From Lama guanicoe (Eukaryota): a DNA stretch of 35,888 bases. Positions 22,589 to 34,085 of the stretch are shown here, one piece after another. The notes below the pieces were generated by a model. That model searched no databases. It was not told where the DNA came from and saw only the letters and a list, made by a program, of their open reading frames with translations. The position numbers and the translations under genes are program-made. The stretch is taken from assembly GCA_013239625.1 (NCBI GenBank), contig MU053365.1, positions 746,001-781,888 of the forward strand, read 5' to 3'. Positions within the stretch are counted from its first letter, which is position 1. Each line of letters opens with the position of its first letter.

Positions 22589-23402
22589 TAGAACAGAAAC
22601 CCACTTGTTTTCTTAGGCATCAACTCATCTCCCATCTGGGATGCTTTTAAGAAATAGTTACAAGTGTAAGGAAAGAAGTCATGTAAGTAATTCAAACAAG
22701 GAATCCCTAAATTATTTGAACTTGGAAAGGGTTAGTTTATATTTAAACCAGTAAGTATTTTGTTCAGGAAAAATGTAACCATAGAATGAGTTTGGGCACG
22801 TAGGCCATAAAATAAAACGCAATGCCTGACGCAGAGAGGGGGGCCTGGGCAGTTCCCTGCTCAGTGACCATTCACTCTAATGTTGAAAGTGACAACCTCA
22901 CCTCAGACTGTGGCAAATCATCAGCTTAAACAGTCTTGACCCTTTCCATGGTTTATGTCTTTCTGGCTCCCTCCCATGGGAGGTAGTTAGATGTTGTAGC
23001 TTAAAAGACTTATGCCGCCATGGAACAGGGAGGGACAGAAATAAACAAGTGACAAAAGATGGTAGCACCAAAGAGTTTGGTCACCTACTTTAACCTTGTT
23101 ACTTTAACCCTGTTCATAAAGAGTGGAAAGTAAGACAAGCAGATAATTGAGCACTCAGTGAAAGCATTTAAATTTAAAACACTTTTAGAGTCCAATGTTG
23201 TTTTTCATAGCACCACCAAATAACAATTCTTGCACGTTTATCAGCAGATGCTGAAAGCCACTATAAAAAATACCACTCTAATCATTAGGGTTATTAAATA
23301 ACAATAATGACATGGTTCCTCCAGAGACGTCCTGTGAAGAACTAGGCGGTTCCATCTTTTCCGGATCACCTCTCTGCTCCCTCCTATTGTGTAGCTGTCC
23401 CA

Positions 23403-23637
23403 GGAAGGCTTTGGAACCTTGTCTCATAAACCTGGGTTCGAACCCCAGCTTTGCCATTTACCCCGGGACCATGGCCAAGCCACCTTGTGCCTTTCACTGT
23501 CACTTCTGTCCATAAAACGAGGAAGGCAATGCCCCTCTCAAAGGGTAACTGGATGGATGGCTGGCAAGTGTATCTCTAACACGCCAAGCACATTCAGTTA
23601 CTGGCACAGGGCAGGGGCTCAATCAAGATCAGTTCCC
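23403..23637 (+). mobile_element. MIR SINE, near full length
   Basis: ggctttggaa...acctgggttcgaaccccagctttgccattta...ccataaaacgagga...ctggcacagggcaggggctcaatcaagatcagtt. Confidence 0.8.
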
Positions 23638-24999
23638 TTTCTTTTCTTTTGCAAAAGTAAAGCAAAAGGGCAGAAGCTTTGCTCAGTCGATATAGATCAA
23701 TGCTTCAATGGATGTCAAGATTTATCACCAGTGGGCACTAAAGAGCCAGGCATCTTTCTCGTGCATCTGCGTCACCTGTGGATCTAGAATTCAGGAATCC
23801 CACATTCCACTGCTGGCTCTGGCACCCAGAGTATGAAACGTTGTCAGGAAGGTGTCAGGAAACCATTCTCGAACTCACACAGAAATGCCAAGGCCAGGTG
23901 GCCAGGTTCGGGCCCGAGAGGAGTCGGCGATTTCCTTTCGGCTCTACCGCTAGTGATGCAGCCTGTGATACGGAGGACCGAGCTCCGTGTCCATGTGTGG
24001 GCTCACTGGCGAAGCAGATGGGAATGGCCCCCAAAGACCCAGACGGCTGAATGAACTCTGAGCCAGTATCCTTTTCCCTTTCACCCATTCCTTTAACAAA
24101 TATGTACTGAGTTTCTATTCGGGGTAGGCTCTAGCCCCCCTAGGGAAGCTCATAAAAATATGATGAGAAATATTCTTAGTTTCAGTTCCCATTACACCTC
24201 CCCCTGTCCTCTGACCACCCTTCAGCCTGTGGGCACGTGTGTGCCTGGACGGATGCCAACCAAGGTGGGGCGCTGAAGATCCACCCACCAGCTCTTAGGA
24301 GATCTCAAGAACAATGCCCCAGTGTAGACGAGCTAAGTTCCTATTTGTTACCCATTTAGACCCTGAAGTATGCAATCATTATATATGCAGCATATGTTCA
24401 CTAATGGGTTTGAAGATGCGTCCATTCAGAGGCAGGCTGTGATCAGTGAGCTGAGGCACGGGTTCTGGGGGGCAAATTTCCCTGGTATCTGAAGGATCAA
24501 GTGCGGAATTAAACTTATCATCCCTGTAAAGGGGAAATTGTTCTCACAGTGGCTTGGGAAATGGTGATTTCCCAAGGGCTGAGGACTCAGGCCTGTGTCT
24601 TCTGCTTGGCCAAGAAGGAGACTTCACTCAACCTGACTGAGCAAAAACGTTTTTGGAATCAACTGAAACCACCCACGGCCACACTTCCTGGTGCTGCACG
24701 TGACATGCATGACCCACACAGGCAGCATCTGCCTCACCTCAAAATAAATGCAGAAGTAGCCGACTGTGCCCCACCTGGCCAGCACCAGCACGCTGCCTGT
24801 GGGTCACACAATGCTCCAAGCCCCGGTGAACAATGATGACAGCAAGATTTAAAGATCGCTGGCAGACACTTCGTACAGGATACAACACAAGTCATTCATT
24901 CTCGGAAGATGTGGGCTCACTAGAAGTTAGTTTCACTTTTCCGGTGAAGAATATACATAGGGAGAGCAAAAGTCGTAATACAAAGGTTCAAGGAGAATT

Positions 25000-25160
25000 T
25001 AAGTGTGAAACCCACTTCCGCCCAGCTGATGTTCACTCCTCAGGTGACAGGCTCACCAAGCCTCAGTGCACTCGCTCATCTGGAAAGGAGGGGTGAACAG
25101 CGCCCGTCCTGGAGGCCTACCGAGCATGAAAGAGCTCTGAAGTCCTCTACAAATGGAAGC
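25000..25160 (+). mobile_element. MIR-type SINE fragment
   Basis: aagcctcagtgcactcgctcatctggaaaggagggg...catgaaagagctctgaagtcctctacaaatg. Confidence 0.5.
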
Positions 25161-26242
25161 TCTTAAGCTCTTTCGGTTACACCCAGAACAGAACGACATC
25201 TGCCATAATGCGGTTTATTTAAAATTAACCTGATGTGGTCCAGCAACGAACACAGACACTGGCATCATGGTAATAATATGCTACACCGGCCTGATTAAAA
25301 TTTCAACCATGCCATCCACCCCCATCTCCTCGCAAAGTTAATGAATTAATGAATCTTTAAAAGACAGTCAGGGAGGCCTTAAAAAGAAGATGCCTTTTTG
25401 ACTAAGGGGAGAAAGTGGTGGATTACAACTTAATGGCTTCAGAATAATGGTAATTTCCCTATTTTCTTCACTTGCCTTAGCTCAGCTAATGGCTTCATTA
25501 ACAGCCACACTCTGCAGCGAATAATAGAGGCCCCCGTCACATCCATCATAGTCATGTCACAATAAAACCAGTTAAATACAGTCCAGCTCCCTGTCTCATG
25601 CCAGTCAGTACGAAGAATCAAAATTAGGAGAACAACCCACACGAAAGCTTGTATGTTAAATTCCTCTTAACAATAAGCACGCAACAGGCTACTGGTAATG
25701 AGACGTTAACTGTACTGTACATGCCACGTTGAATAGATAACTATGGTAACAATCAAAAAGCTGTGAGGATGAGCTGCTCTTTATTACAAGTTGAACCACA
25801 ATGTCTTTTTATTTCCTTCAGTCGCGTTTGATCAGAGTAGCATATTTTCTCACAATTAGCACAATCATGTCAAATCTGCAATGTCATATCATAATCTCAA
25901 ATGTCACTTCATAAAATCAGGCTCTTTGAATGACTGAGTTCTTTCTTTTCAAAAGCATCTGTTGTGGCTGAAAGATCTTAAATTTTTAGACCTTTTTTTT
26001 CCTCCACCCATCTTGGCTACAGTGAGGAAAACTAGCAGTAAGAAGGCACTTTGGCTTTTGTCAAGGATGTCAATGATTTTTACCAAGGAAGGTACCCCGG
26101 ATGGTGGCTTCATAGCTCTACATTTGCTGGAACAGGATTCTGGAAGTTTCAGAAGCATCTCTTTGCATGCGTTCTGCACAGCTTATGATGAAGCAGATTC
26201 TCCTGGTGCATAAGCTACTCCCGGAAGTTAGGATGTTTTAGA

Positions 26243-26347
26243 AGCTGCATTCACTCATTTTGGGCCACTAGGGCACCATTAAATGTTCTGAAGCAATAAC
26301 TAACTGAATGGGACCCTAGTGGCCTAAGACCGACTGGGAAAGCAGCT
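26243..26347. repeat. Imperfect palindrome (~105 bp); probable MER135-type element resembling pre-miR-224
   Basis: Arms TTTTGGGCCACTAGGGCACCATT (26258-26280) and AATGGGACCCTAGTGGCCTAAGA (26307-26329) are reverse complements at 19/23 positions around a 26-nt loop. Outer arms AGCTGC (26243-26248) / GCAGCT (26342-26347). Family assignment from recall. Confidence 0.7.
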
Positions 26348-27257
26348 ACCAAAAATGCTTCATTTACTCCCAGGAAGTGGTGTGTGCTCTGGGGGACGCT
26401 GAGCTAATGTGAATTGTACGGAAGGCCGCTCTCTGTTGTGGGGAGTGTAAACTAGCATCTGTGACTGGCCTGGCTTTTCTTTGTTAGATTTTGGTCCTAT
26501 TTCATAATGCAATTTAATGGGATTCGTTTTTAGATTGAGAGAAAATGAAAAAAAAAAAAAGCCAAACCTTTAGCTGGTCAGTGACAGCCTTTGTTCCAGC
26601 CGATACTGTTATCTCTTCCCCCCTCTGGCACTCAGGTCATTGCAGATAACGATTTGTCCCTTTAATTCGAAGAATTCAGAAGGTGTTGTGCATTTGCAGC
26701 GCACCCCTAATCCCTCCTTCTGGTAATGTAAATATGAACCAGCTGGACCTGGTAAGGTTTTAGGTATTTCATTTTAGTCCTCATCTTGAAATACTGTTTA
26801 TATTTAACATTTCTCTTTATTAGCGAATGTAATATATAAACCCCTTTGCCATTCTCTTGAGTAACCCCAGATTAACAAAGTGCACATATTTCTGGCAGAT
26901 GCCTTACAGTTATTTCTAATTGAAACAAGCTGGCTATGAGAAAAGAAAAGAAACGACGTCTTGTATCTAGCGGCTCAGATCATGTCCTCCTAAACCAGGG
27001 CTATAGACAGAATCTAACGCTGAAACTTTCAAAGTGATGTGTGGCATCTGTCCTTCATTAATGGAAAGCAAATGGTACTCTTTGAAACTGTGAGGATAAG
27101 AGTGAAAGCTACTAACTTGAAGACACATCTGTCCAAACTGTAGGCTAGGTAGGGTGTATTTCAATCTTGAGAATGTTGGGTGCAGGGAAGGAGTGGGGGC
27201 TCTGATGGAGAATTTCTGTGGACCTATTTTGCTTCCAGTCCATGTTAAGTCTCATCA

Positions 27258-27376
27258 AAATAACAAAAACAGTATGGAGCTACCACGTATTGACCACTTC
27301 ATCAATGCCAGGTATGATTTGCCTGTGTAATGGTTATTATTTTACCCATTTCACAGATGAGGAAACTGAGAGGCAG
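27258..27376 (-). mobile_element. MIR SINE fragment
   Basis: gtattgaccactt...atgccagg...ttattattttacccatttcacagatgaggaaactgagagg. Confidence 0.8.
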
Positions 27377-27600
27377 TAGGGCATAAGGGAAAGAGCGTGG
27401 CTTTGAAATCGGACAGAGCTGGTTTCCGATCACACCCCAGCTCTCTAGCTGGATGATGCTGAGTAGGTCAGTAATGTCTCTAGTTGTCATTTGTAAAACA
27501 GGGAGGATAATTCCTACTTTCAGGGTGGGAAAGAGAGTTAAAAAAGAAAACAGATATGAAAGCACAAGGTACCTAACAAGGCTTAATAAATGATACTGTT
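27377..27600 (+). mobile_element. MIR SINE
   Basis: aaagagcgtggctttgaaatcggacagagctgg...tcatttgtaaaacagggaggataattcctactttcagggt...atatgaaagcac...cttaataaatga. Confidence 0.8.
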
Positions 27601-27889
27601 TTGTCTGCCCATAACTCTCGTAAGACAAACTAAATTTAAAGACTGCCCAGAGTTTAAGAAAAATTACAGCTCTATAATCCATTGCATGTTTATTGGAGGA
27701 TTCAAAAAAAAAAAAAAAACTTCTAGTTAGCAGAGGCTGTCTGTTTATCTGTGTGGAGCCGTACAGATTCTGTTTAGCAGAGAACACGTCAAAGAAGGAC
27801 CGGCAAGGGACATGGCTGACAGAGGGCAGATATTTTGAATAGCAAATGAATGTCTTCAGAGTGGATACCGAGTAGCTATTAAAGGAAAC

Positions 27890-28127
27890 AGACCGGTATG
27901 AAAGAGAAGTCACAGGGCTTCAAAGTCAGGCGCACCTGGGTTCCGATCTGGAGACGACTACCATTTCCTTAGCTGTGTGGCCTGAGTGATCTCTCTGAGG
28001 CTCAGCTGCTTCATCTGTAAAATGGGGATTATCTCCATTTAATAAGTTCTTGTCGGGACTAAACAGGATGAGGCAGTTGGGGCACTTAGCACAAGGCCTT
28101 GCCCCTAAGAGGAGTCATAAATGGCAG
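27890..28127 (+). mobile_element. MIR SINE
   Basis: agtcaggcgcacctgggttc...tagctgtgtggcct...tctctgaggctcagctgcttcatctgtaaaatggggatta...gcacttagcaca. Confidence 0.85.
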
Positions 28128-28190
28128 TGGTTGGGGATCAGGGGTTTATGTTCTTTTAAGTGCTGTTCTTGACAGATCTGCTCTGGAGGG

Positions 28191-28367
28191 CTGTAGAGCA
28201 CAGGGAACTGTATTCAATACCTTGTAATGGCCTAGAATGAAAAAGAATATGAAAAGGAATATATGTATGTATATGCATAAGTGGGCCAGTGTGCTGTACA
28301 CCAGAAATTGACACAACATTGTAAATTGACTATATTCAATAAAAACAAACAAACAAACAAACAAAAA
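28191..28367 (+). mobile_element. LINE-1 3' tip with (AAAC)n tail
   Basis: agcacagggaactgtattcaatacc...tgctgtacaccagaaattgacacaacattgtaaattgactata, then aataaaaacaaacaaacaaacaaac; homologous to the copies at 16056 and 34971. Confidence 0.9.
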
Positions 28368-28369
28368 GA

Positions 28370-28470
28370 AGCTTTACTTAAACAGTCAGGCAGACTTAGC
28401 CGGTGCTTCTCAGGATCTACTGAGTTGCAATCCGCATTTTTTAACACCTTAAAGTTTGAGAAGCACAGAG
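28370..28470. mobile_element. MER5-like fragment
   Basis: atctactgagttgcaatccgcattttttaaca...aaagtttgagaagcacag. Confidence 0.45.
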
Positions 28471-28494
28471 GTGCTAATAAGGTGCTCTTTGGCC

Positions 28495-28635
28495 TTGCTA
28501 TTCCACAGATGGACCACGGACCAGCAGCCCGGGCTTCACCCAGAAGCTTGTTAGAAAGACAGCTTCTGGGCCCCCAGTGTAGATACAGTGAATCGAGACT
28601 CTGGGACTGGGCCCAGCAACCTGCAAATTTCTAGC
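28495..28635. mobile_element. MER5A-like hAT-Charlie MITE fragment
   Basis: ggaccagcagc...cacccagaagcttgttagaaagacag...tgaatcgagactctgggactgggcccagcaacctg. Confidence 0.75.
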
Positions 28636-29859
28636 TGTCTGGGGACTGTATCCGGGCCAGTGCCTCCTACACGGTATGCGTTCTGTACTTGCCCCCTGAC
28701 ATCTGCTTGATTTCAATCCTTAGTAAACGGTTCCTCCATTAGAGGGGGTAGATTTTCTTGGATTGAGTCAAATATCTCTCAGTGTTTTTAAGAGACTCTG
28801 ATCACAGGTGGGAGGTTGGTCCGATCACACTGCAGACCGTTTTTGGGGGAGGAGCAAGATGGCCCATGTCTGGGTCTATTTCTTAACTTACTTCATTACA
28901 AACCCCATACACCCCTGCACGGCTGGTGCGGCACCACAAGGACACAGCCATCAGAGCCAGCCTCGCGGAAAATGCCTCGTTTCCTACCATTAGATGGGAG
29001 AATTGTTTAATCTTGATGCTACTGATGGGGCTGTTTCTGCTTCTTACTCAGCCGCTGCCTTTTTTCCCTCTGCTCTCAGTGCTTCATTTCAGGAGGACAG
29101 GACAAAGGGGCGCCCTCATCATCCCCACCTCCCCAAAGAGCAGAGCTCTGTCTGCAGCTGTGAGCTAAGCAGCAGGGAGGAGAAGCCAGGCACGCGGCCA
29201 GCGGACCGCTGGTGAATGGACCGCAGTAAAAGCTCCTGGAAACAAACAAGAACCTACACCACATGTGATTTTCCCTACAGCGCGATGGCAAGACCCCAGG
29301 GGTTCCAATTCTATAAGCACTCGCTAGAAAGAATACCTTGGACAAGTCAAAATTCAGAAATCTTTCTCTCTTTTCCTTTCCAATCCCACAGCCACCATCG
29401 CAGACCAGGCTCCCAGCGGTTCACACCTGGACCATGCCAATAATCTGAGAAAGCCTTATCTTTGATCTCTTGCAACCTATGGCCCCGCACACGAGAGTGC
29501 TGAGAAAATGTTCCTGCGTGTTTGTATGTACCTCTCCCCTGAGCCATGTCCATCCTGGGACTTCACCCAGTTCCCCAAACCTTGTCTTTGACATCTCTTG
29601 CCATTTCTACTGAGTTGGTTTACAAGATATTAAGAAGCCTTTTCAATTCCATGATTATCTTTAGAAGCAAAAGCAACTTCCCCATAACGTTCAAATAAAT
29701 CACTGTTTTTCTAACTTGAGATTACATTTCCTCAGACTTCTTACCAAAATATTTTTTTAATGGTGCGCATTACTAGTACTTGGTGTTTGCCTGGTTCTCC
29801 AGAGACGTGATATTCTTTGAGCGTCATACAAGCTCTGTGGGGTTGACAGGGAAAACGTC

Positions 29860-30020
29860 ACAATTCGCATTTTACAGCTGGGGATACTGAGGTCTGGAGA
29901 GATGCGACTCTGTAATCTTTACTCTATGGCCTGTCCAAGGTCACACGGCTTTTCAGAGGCAGAACCCAGGCCTGCATGTAACCTTCTCACTGTGAGGTCC
30001 ACGCCTAGTTCCACGCCCCC
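29860..30020 (-). mobile_element. MIR SINE fragment
   Basis: cattttacagctggggatactgaggtctggagag...tgtccaaggtcacacggc. Confidence 0.7.
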
Positions 30021-31257
30021 AGGTCACGCCGATCAACTGCTATATTAAGAGGCTAGTTAGCAAAAACATTTAATTTCAGGACTGCCAAATTTATTTCTCA
30101 CGGTCCAGGTGAACATACACATATTCAAATACTTCTGTTAAGATAGCTTCCCCTTTTGACTACCTAACCTCCCATGCACAAAGGAAAATTTGATTTGTCG
30201 CCTCCATGTCTGTCTGTCTAAAGCATCTCAGCCCCCAGCCAGTCTTCAGCCCTTCGAGGGCCAGCTTCTCTCCGCTGAGGGTCTCCAAAGGTGGCTGGGA
30301 GGTGCTTTCACCTAAGTCAGCAAGACAGGCTCATTGCCATGTTACTACTTCAGTGGTACCAAACACAGAATTCCCGGAGTGTGAGTCGTCGCTGAATAGG
30401 CGCCTCAGCATGCAAGGACTCTAGCTGCCCAAACTCGCCTTTTCTGAGCAAAGTTTCGAGTTTAATTAAAACTGTCTTTAATTAAAATGCAAATATTCTA
30501 GGACTTTAACAATCAATTGTTTACACCAGACTGAGTAACAGTCCTCAAAGGCTTTGGGAAAAAAATAGTTTCAATTGCAAGCTATAGATTCAGATTTCAC
30601 TGCTTGCTGAGATGGGTAAGGATCTTTTTTTTTTCTCTATTGGCTTAATTTGTTTTAAACAAAAGTGCAGATATCATAATGGGTATCTAGGAGTCACATA
30701 CAGGACCACAACTCCCAAAGTTCACAGCTGCTAGGTAAATAATTAGGCCAGGTTGGTCAACGTCATCTCTTTTGGTTTTTAAACAACTTTTACAGGACCT
30801 ACTGTAGCAAGGTACCATTAAAAAGCAAAGCCTAATATTAGTTAGTGTTGTCTATGAAGATATTTGTTATTCTCTTTACAAAGTTTCCATTCAGGTAGTT
30901 AAAAATTCTTTTCGTTTGGAATAAAAAGGATTACTAAACATCTGCACCCATGCCCCTCTGACCCCAAAGCCATGCTTTTTTATCATTTCCCTACACAACA
31001 TCTCAGGATGTCATTGGTGGGGCCACCCTACTCTACTGAGTGAGTGGGTCACGAGATTGGATCCAAGATTTAGAAACAAAACAGAATTCTGTTGACAAAT
31101 CTAGAACAGCCTAGACAATTCAGTAATGCTTCAAGGATCTAAACTTCTGGTAGGCAGGCAATGAATACAAAAGAAATAATTTTATTAGACATCTTCTAGT
31201 ACCTACCAAATGAGAAGTATTTTTATTCTGCTATCATTACTACGCTGTGTCCTGGTA

Positions 31258-31458
31258 GTTAACAGCTAACCTTTATTAAGTGCCTTTTAAGTGCCTTTTA
31301 TGTTTAATCCTTATAACAATCTTATGAGGTAGATACCCTGTTACAGTCACCATTTCACAGATGGGGAAACTGAGGCCAAAGGAACTATGTCACACATCCA
31401 TGGCTGCACATCTCAACAGGGGGAATGCGGTCTGACGCCATAGTTTGAGCTTGAATCA
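31258..31458 (-). mobile_element. MIR SINE
   Basis: acagctaacctttattaagtgcc...tttaatccttataacaatcttatgaggtagat...ccatttcacagatggggaaactgaggc. Confidence 0.85.
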
Positions 31459-31502
31459 ACATGTGATGCCGAATTTAAATACCTTGCACTATTAACTAAG
31501 TC

Positions 31503-31696
31503 ATAATTCATGCCATTTATGCATCCTTTTCAGGTTTCCTGAGAGCTTTCCCATATGTGTATCATCTGATTGTCATGGTAGACACAGGTGAGAACACTCA
31601 GGCGCAGAGAATTTGAATAACTTGCCTAAACCCATGAAGCTGGTCCTGGACAGAAGTCTTTGGTCTCTCGGCTCAGGGCTGGTCCACCATCACACC
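31503..31696 (-). mobile_element. MIR SINE (degenerate)
   Basis: acaggtgagaacactcaggcgcagagaatttgaataacttgcctaa. Confidence 0.6.
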
Positions 31697-33984
31697 CAGT
31701 CAGTCCATCTGAGGGATGCAACAAAGCTCTGACCCATATCCCGAGACACACAGCTTCATCTCTTTCACTGGAGGTAGGATTCTATTTGAATCCTTTGGCT
31801 CTACATGATCAAAGGAGTTATCGCAAATCAAATTTTCAAAGTACAGATCCTGCTCTAAAACTTCTTTTTCCTCCAGTGAATTTAGCCAGGGCAACGGAAA
31901 ATCTGGCAAAAGTAACAACAGGGATTACAATTAAGTGTGGTTGGTTAAAGAAAACCAAAGGACTTACTGAGCTGTATTTCAAACCATAAAGTTTTAACTG
32001 AAAAAGTCCTTTAGGAGATTTACCATTCATTATTAAGCTATTAAGTAACAAATACTGAAAGTAATGATTTACTCTTCACATTTTTCAGACTACTGATACA
32101 CTTTACATCAAGGCAAATGAAAATTGGTTTGGAGATTACGGAAAATAAATTTATGAAGGCAGTAAAACTAATCAATTTGTAGATTTGCCTTACTAAAGTT
32201 CTCATTAGAATAATGACATAAATATGACCTTAGTGGAAAATCCATAACATATTCTCTTAATTTTGGTTAAACTCTCAGGAAGATCACTTGCTGTGAATCT
32301 AGATTCCCCAAATTCATTGCCGTTAGAGAAACTAAAATGAAATAAATCGCCGAAGGCTGACATGATCTACTCATCACCACGATGCCATGTTTCAACATTA
32401 AAGCCATTTCCACTCTTGCAAATCATAATTTACACACTCCTTCACACAATAATTTTTGGCAAAAGGAAGGATTTATTTTCCTCTCATAATTATCACGTCA
32501 ACATGTTTAACCTTTGCATCTGAAAAACGCAATCTGAATTCCGGAGGCGGGAAGGTTGGCCTTGAGTTCTGTTCAGCGGTAACAGAACATGACTGCAGAT
32601 TTCTGTTTTCCGGAGAAATGGGTTGACATGCGGTCTTCCAGAGCTAGCTTTCTGTGAACCACCACTGAAAACAGTCTAAGCTGCTCCCAAGACACTTAAT
32701 AATTTAATTAATGTTTGATAGCGTATGAAAATGGTGTTCCATCCACTGCTAAACACACACACACATGAGTGCGTCCAGGCACACGATCTGGTTATAATAC
32801 TTTTAAGTGATTTGGGAAAAAACATTGTGTGACAGAGCAAAAAGCACACACAATTGGTTGGACCAAATCAGGGCTGAATTTCTCATCCATATACCTAGGA
32901 GGCATCCAAAATTATAATTACTTCCTAGTATACTTCTTGAAAGACTGAATGAGATGCCTTGACCTTTTGCTACATTCTACGTTTCTCAAATATTCTTAGC
33001 TACACCTCTTTAAGTACACTCCATTTGTCATTATTTATTTGTTTTCATCTTTCTAAAATAACTTTCATAAAGAAAGTCTCTGTTAATCGACAGAAGCTCT
33101 ATTTTTTCTGAATGAACTGCCATAAATCCCTGCCTTGACCGTTCTTCCTCTGTGTGTTTTGGTTGTGGTACATATGGTTAAATAAATCTTACTGAAATGC
33201 ACAATAGTGTCATCTACAACCAATTACCATCAGCAATTGCTTTGTAAACACTCAACAATAAAACAATTTATTTTAGTGAACAGAGTCTATGTCAGTCCAA
33301 CATTAAGTTAAAAAATAGCATGGAATCCACCTCAACCACAGTAGTGCTTAATTGCTACTCAATTTGCATAATTTATACAAATTAATGTAGACTCAATAAT
33401 TAGCATTTTCATATGGTTTATTGGAATCTAAAAGGCATAACAGTATGGTGTGTTAGCAATCTGAACATGTTTAAACAATATGTTTTGTGAGTCATTGGCA
33501 TTTTAAGTTAGCTTTTTACAAAATGGAAATTTTTTAAAAAGTACAAATGTCAATTTGCATGTCCTGTCTTGCTGTGGTACTAAATCTACATTTCCATGAT
33601 GTACTTTTTGGTGACGACGGTGAACTGATTAAAAACCACCATTAAAGAATGTTGACAACACTTGAACAAATAAGACAGGGAGACGCTAGGCCAATATTTT
33701 ATGTTTTTTAAAAGGGCAATTCATGATCTCTTGTAAATGCTTATTCTTCCCACATGCATACACAAGCATTATAAAAAATAAATAAAAATAAAAGTTGAGG
33801 AAATCCAGCTGAGTTGTGTAGCTTTTAAAGCAACCAAAGACCTGATCCCTAGTAATAAAAATACAAATATTTCCAACTTATGTAGACGGACAGATGCTGC
33901 AGAGCCATAACATTTCCAAATATAAAACCAATACTTGGAAAAGCACTAACTCCTTAACCACCCCTCCATATTTGTATATTACTT

Positions 33985-34085
33985 AAGAGTCGACAAGTGC
34001 TTTTTCGTCTGCACTGCCTCCCAGGGCCTTCACAACAACCCCGTCACACAGATGAAACGATTCCAGCTCAGAGAGGTTCCATGCC
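33985..34085 (-). mobile_element. MIR SINE fragment
   Basis: cttcacaacaaccccgt...acagatgaaacgattccagctcagagaggtt. Confidence 0.55.

Noticed and set aside
26262..26277. CTCF site (GGCCACTAGGGCACC)
   Set aside because: Only the first half of the CCASYAGRKGGC core matches; the palindromic element explains it better.
26258..26329. Calling this miR-224 itself
   Set aside because: The 5' arm differs from the recalled mature miR-224-5p at several positions including the seed region, and no GABRE exons or miR-452 are visible.
27302..27913. 203-aa minus-strand ORF, the longest in the window
   Set aside because: Runs through two MIRs and a poly(A) run; translation is typical repeat-derived noise.
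32566..32588. Small hairpin GTTCTGTT...AACAGAAC
   Set aside because: An 8-bp stem is expected by chance in 36 kb.
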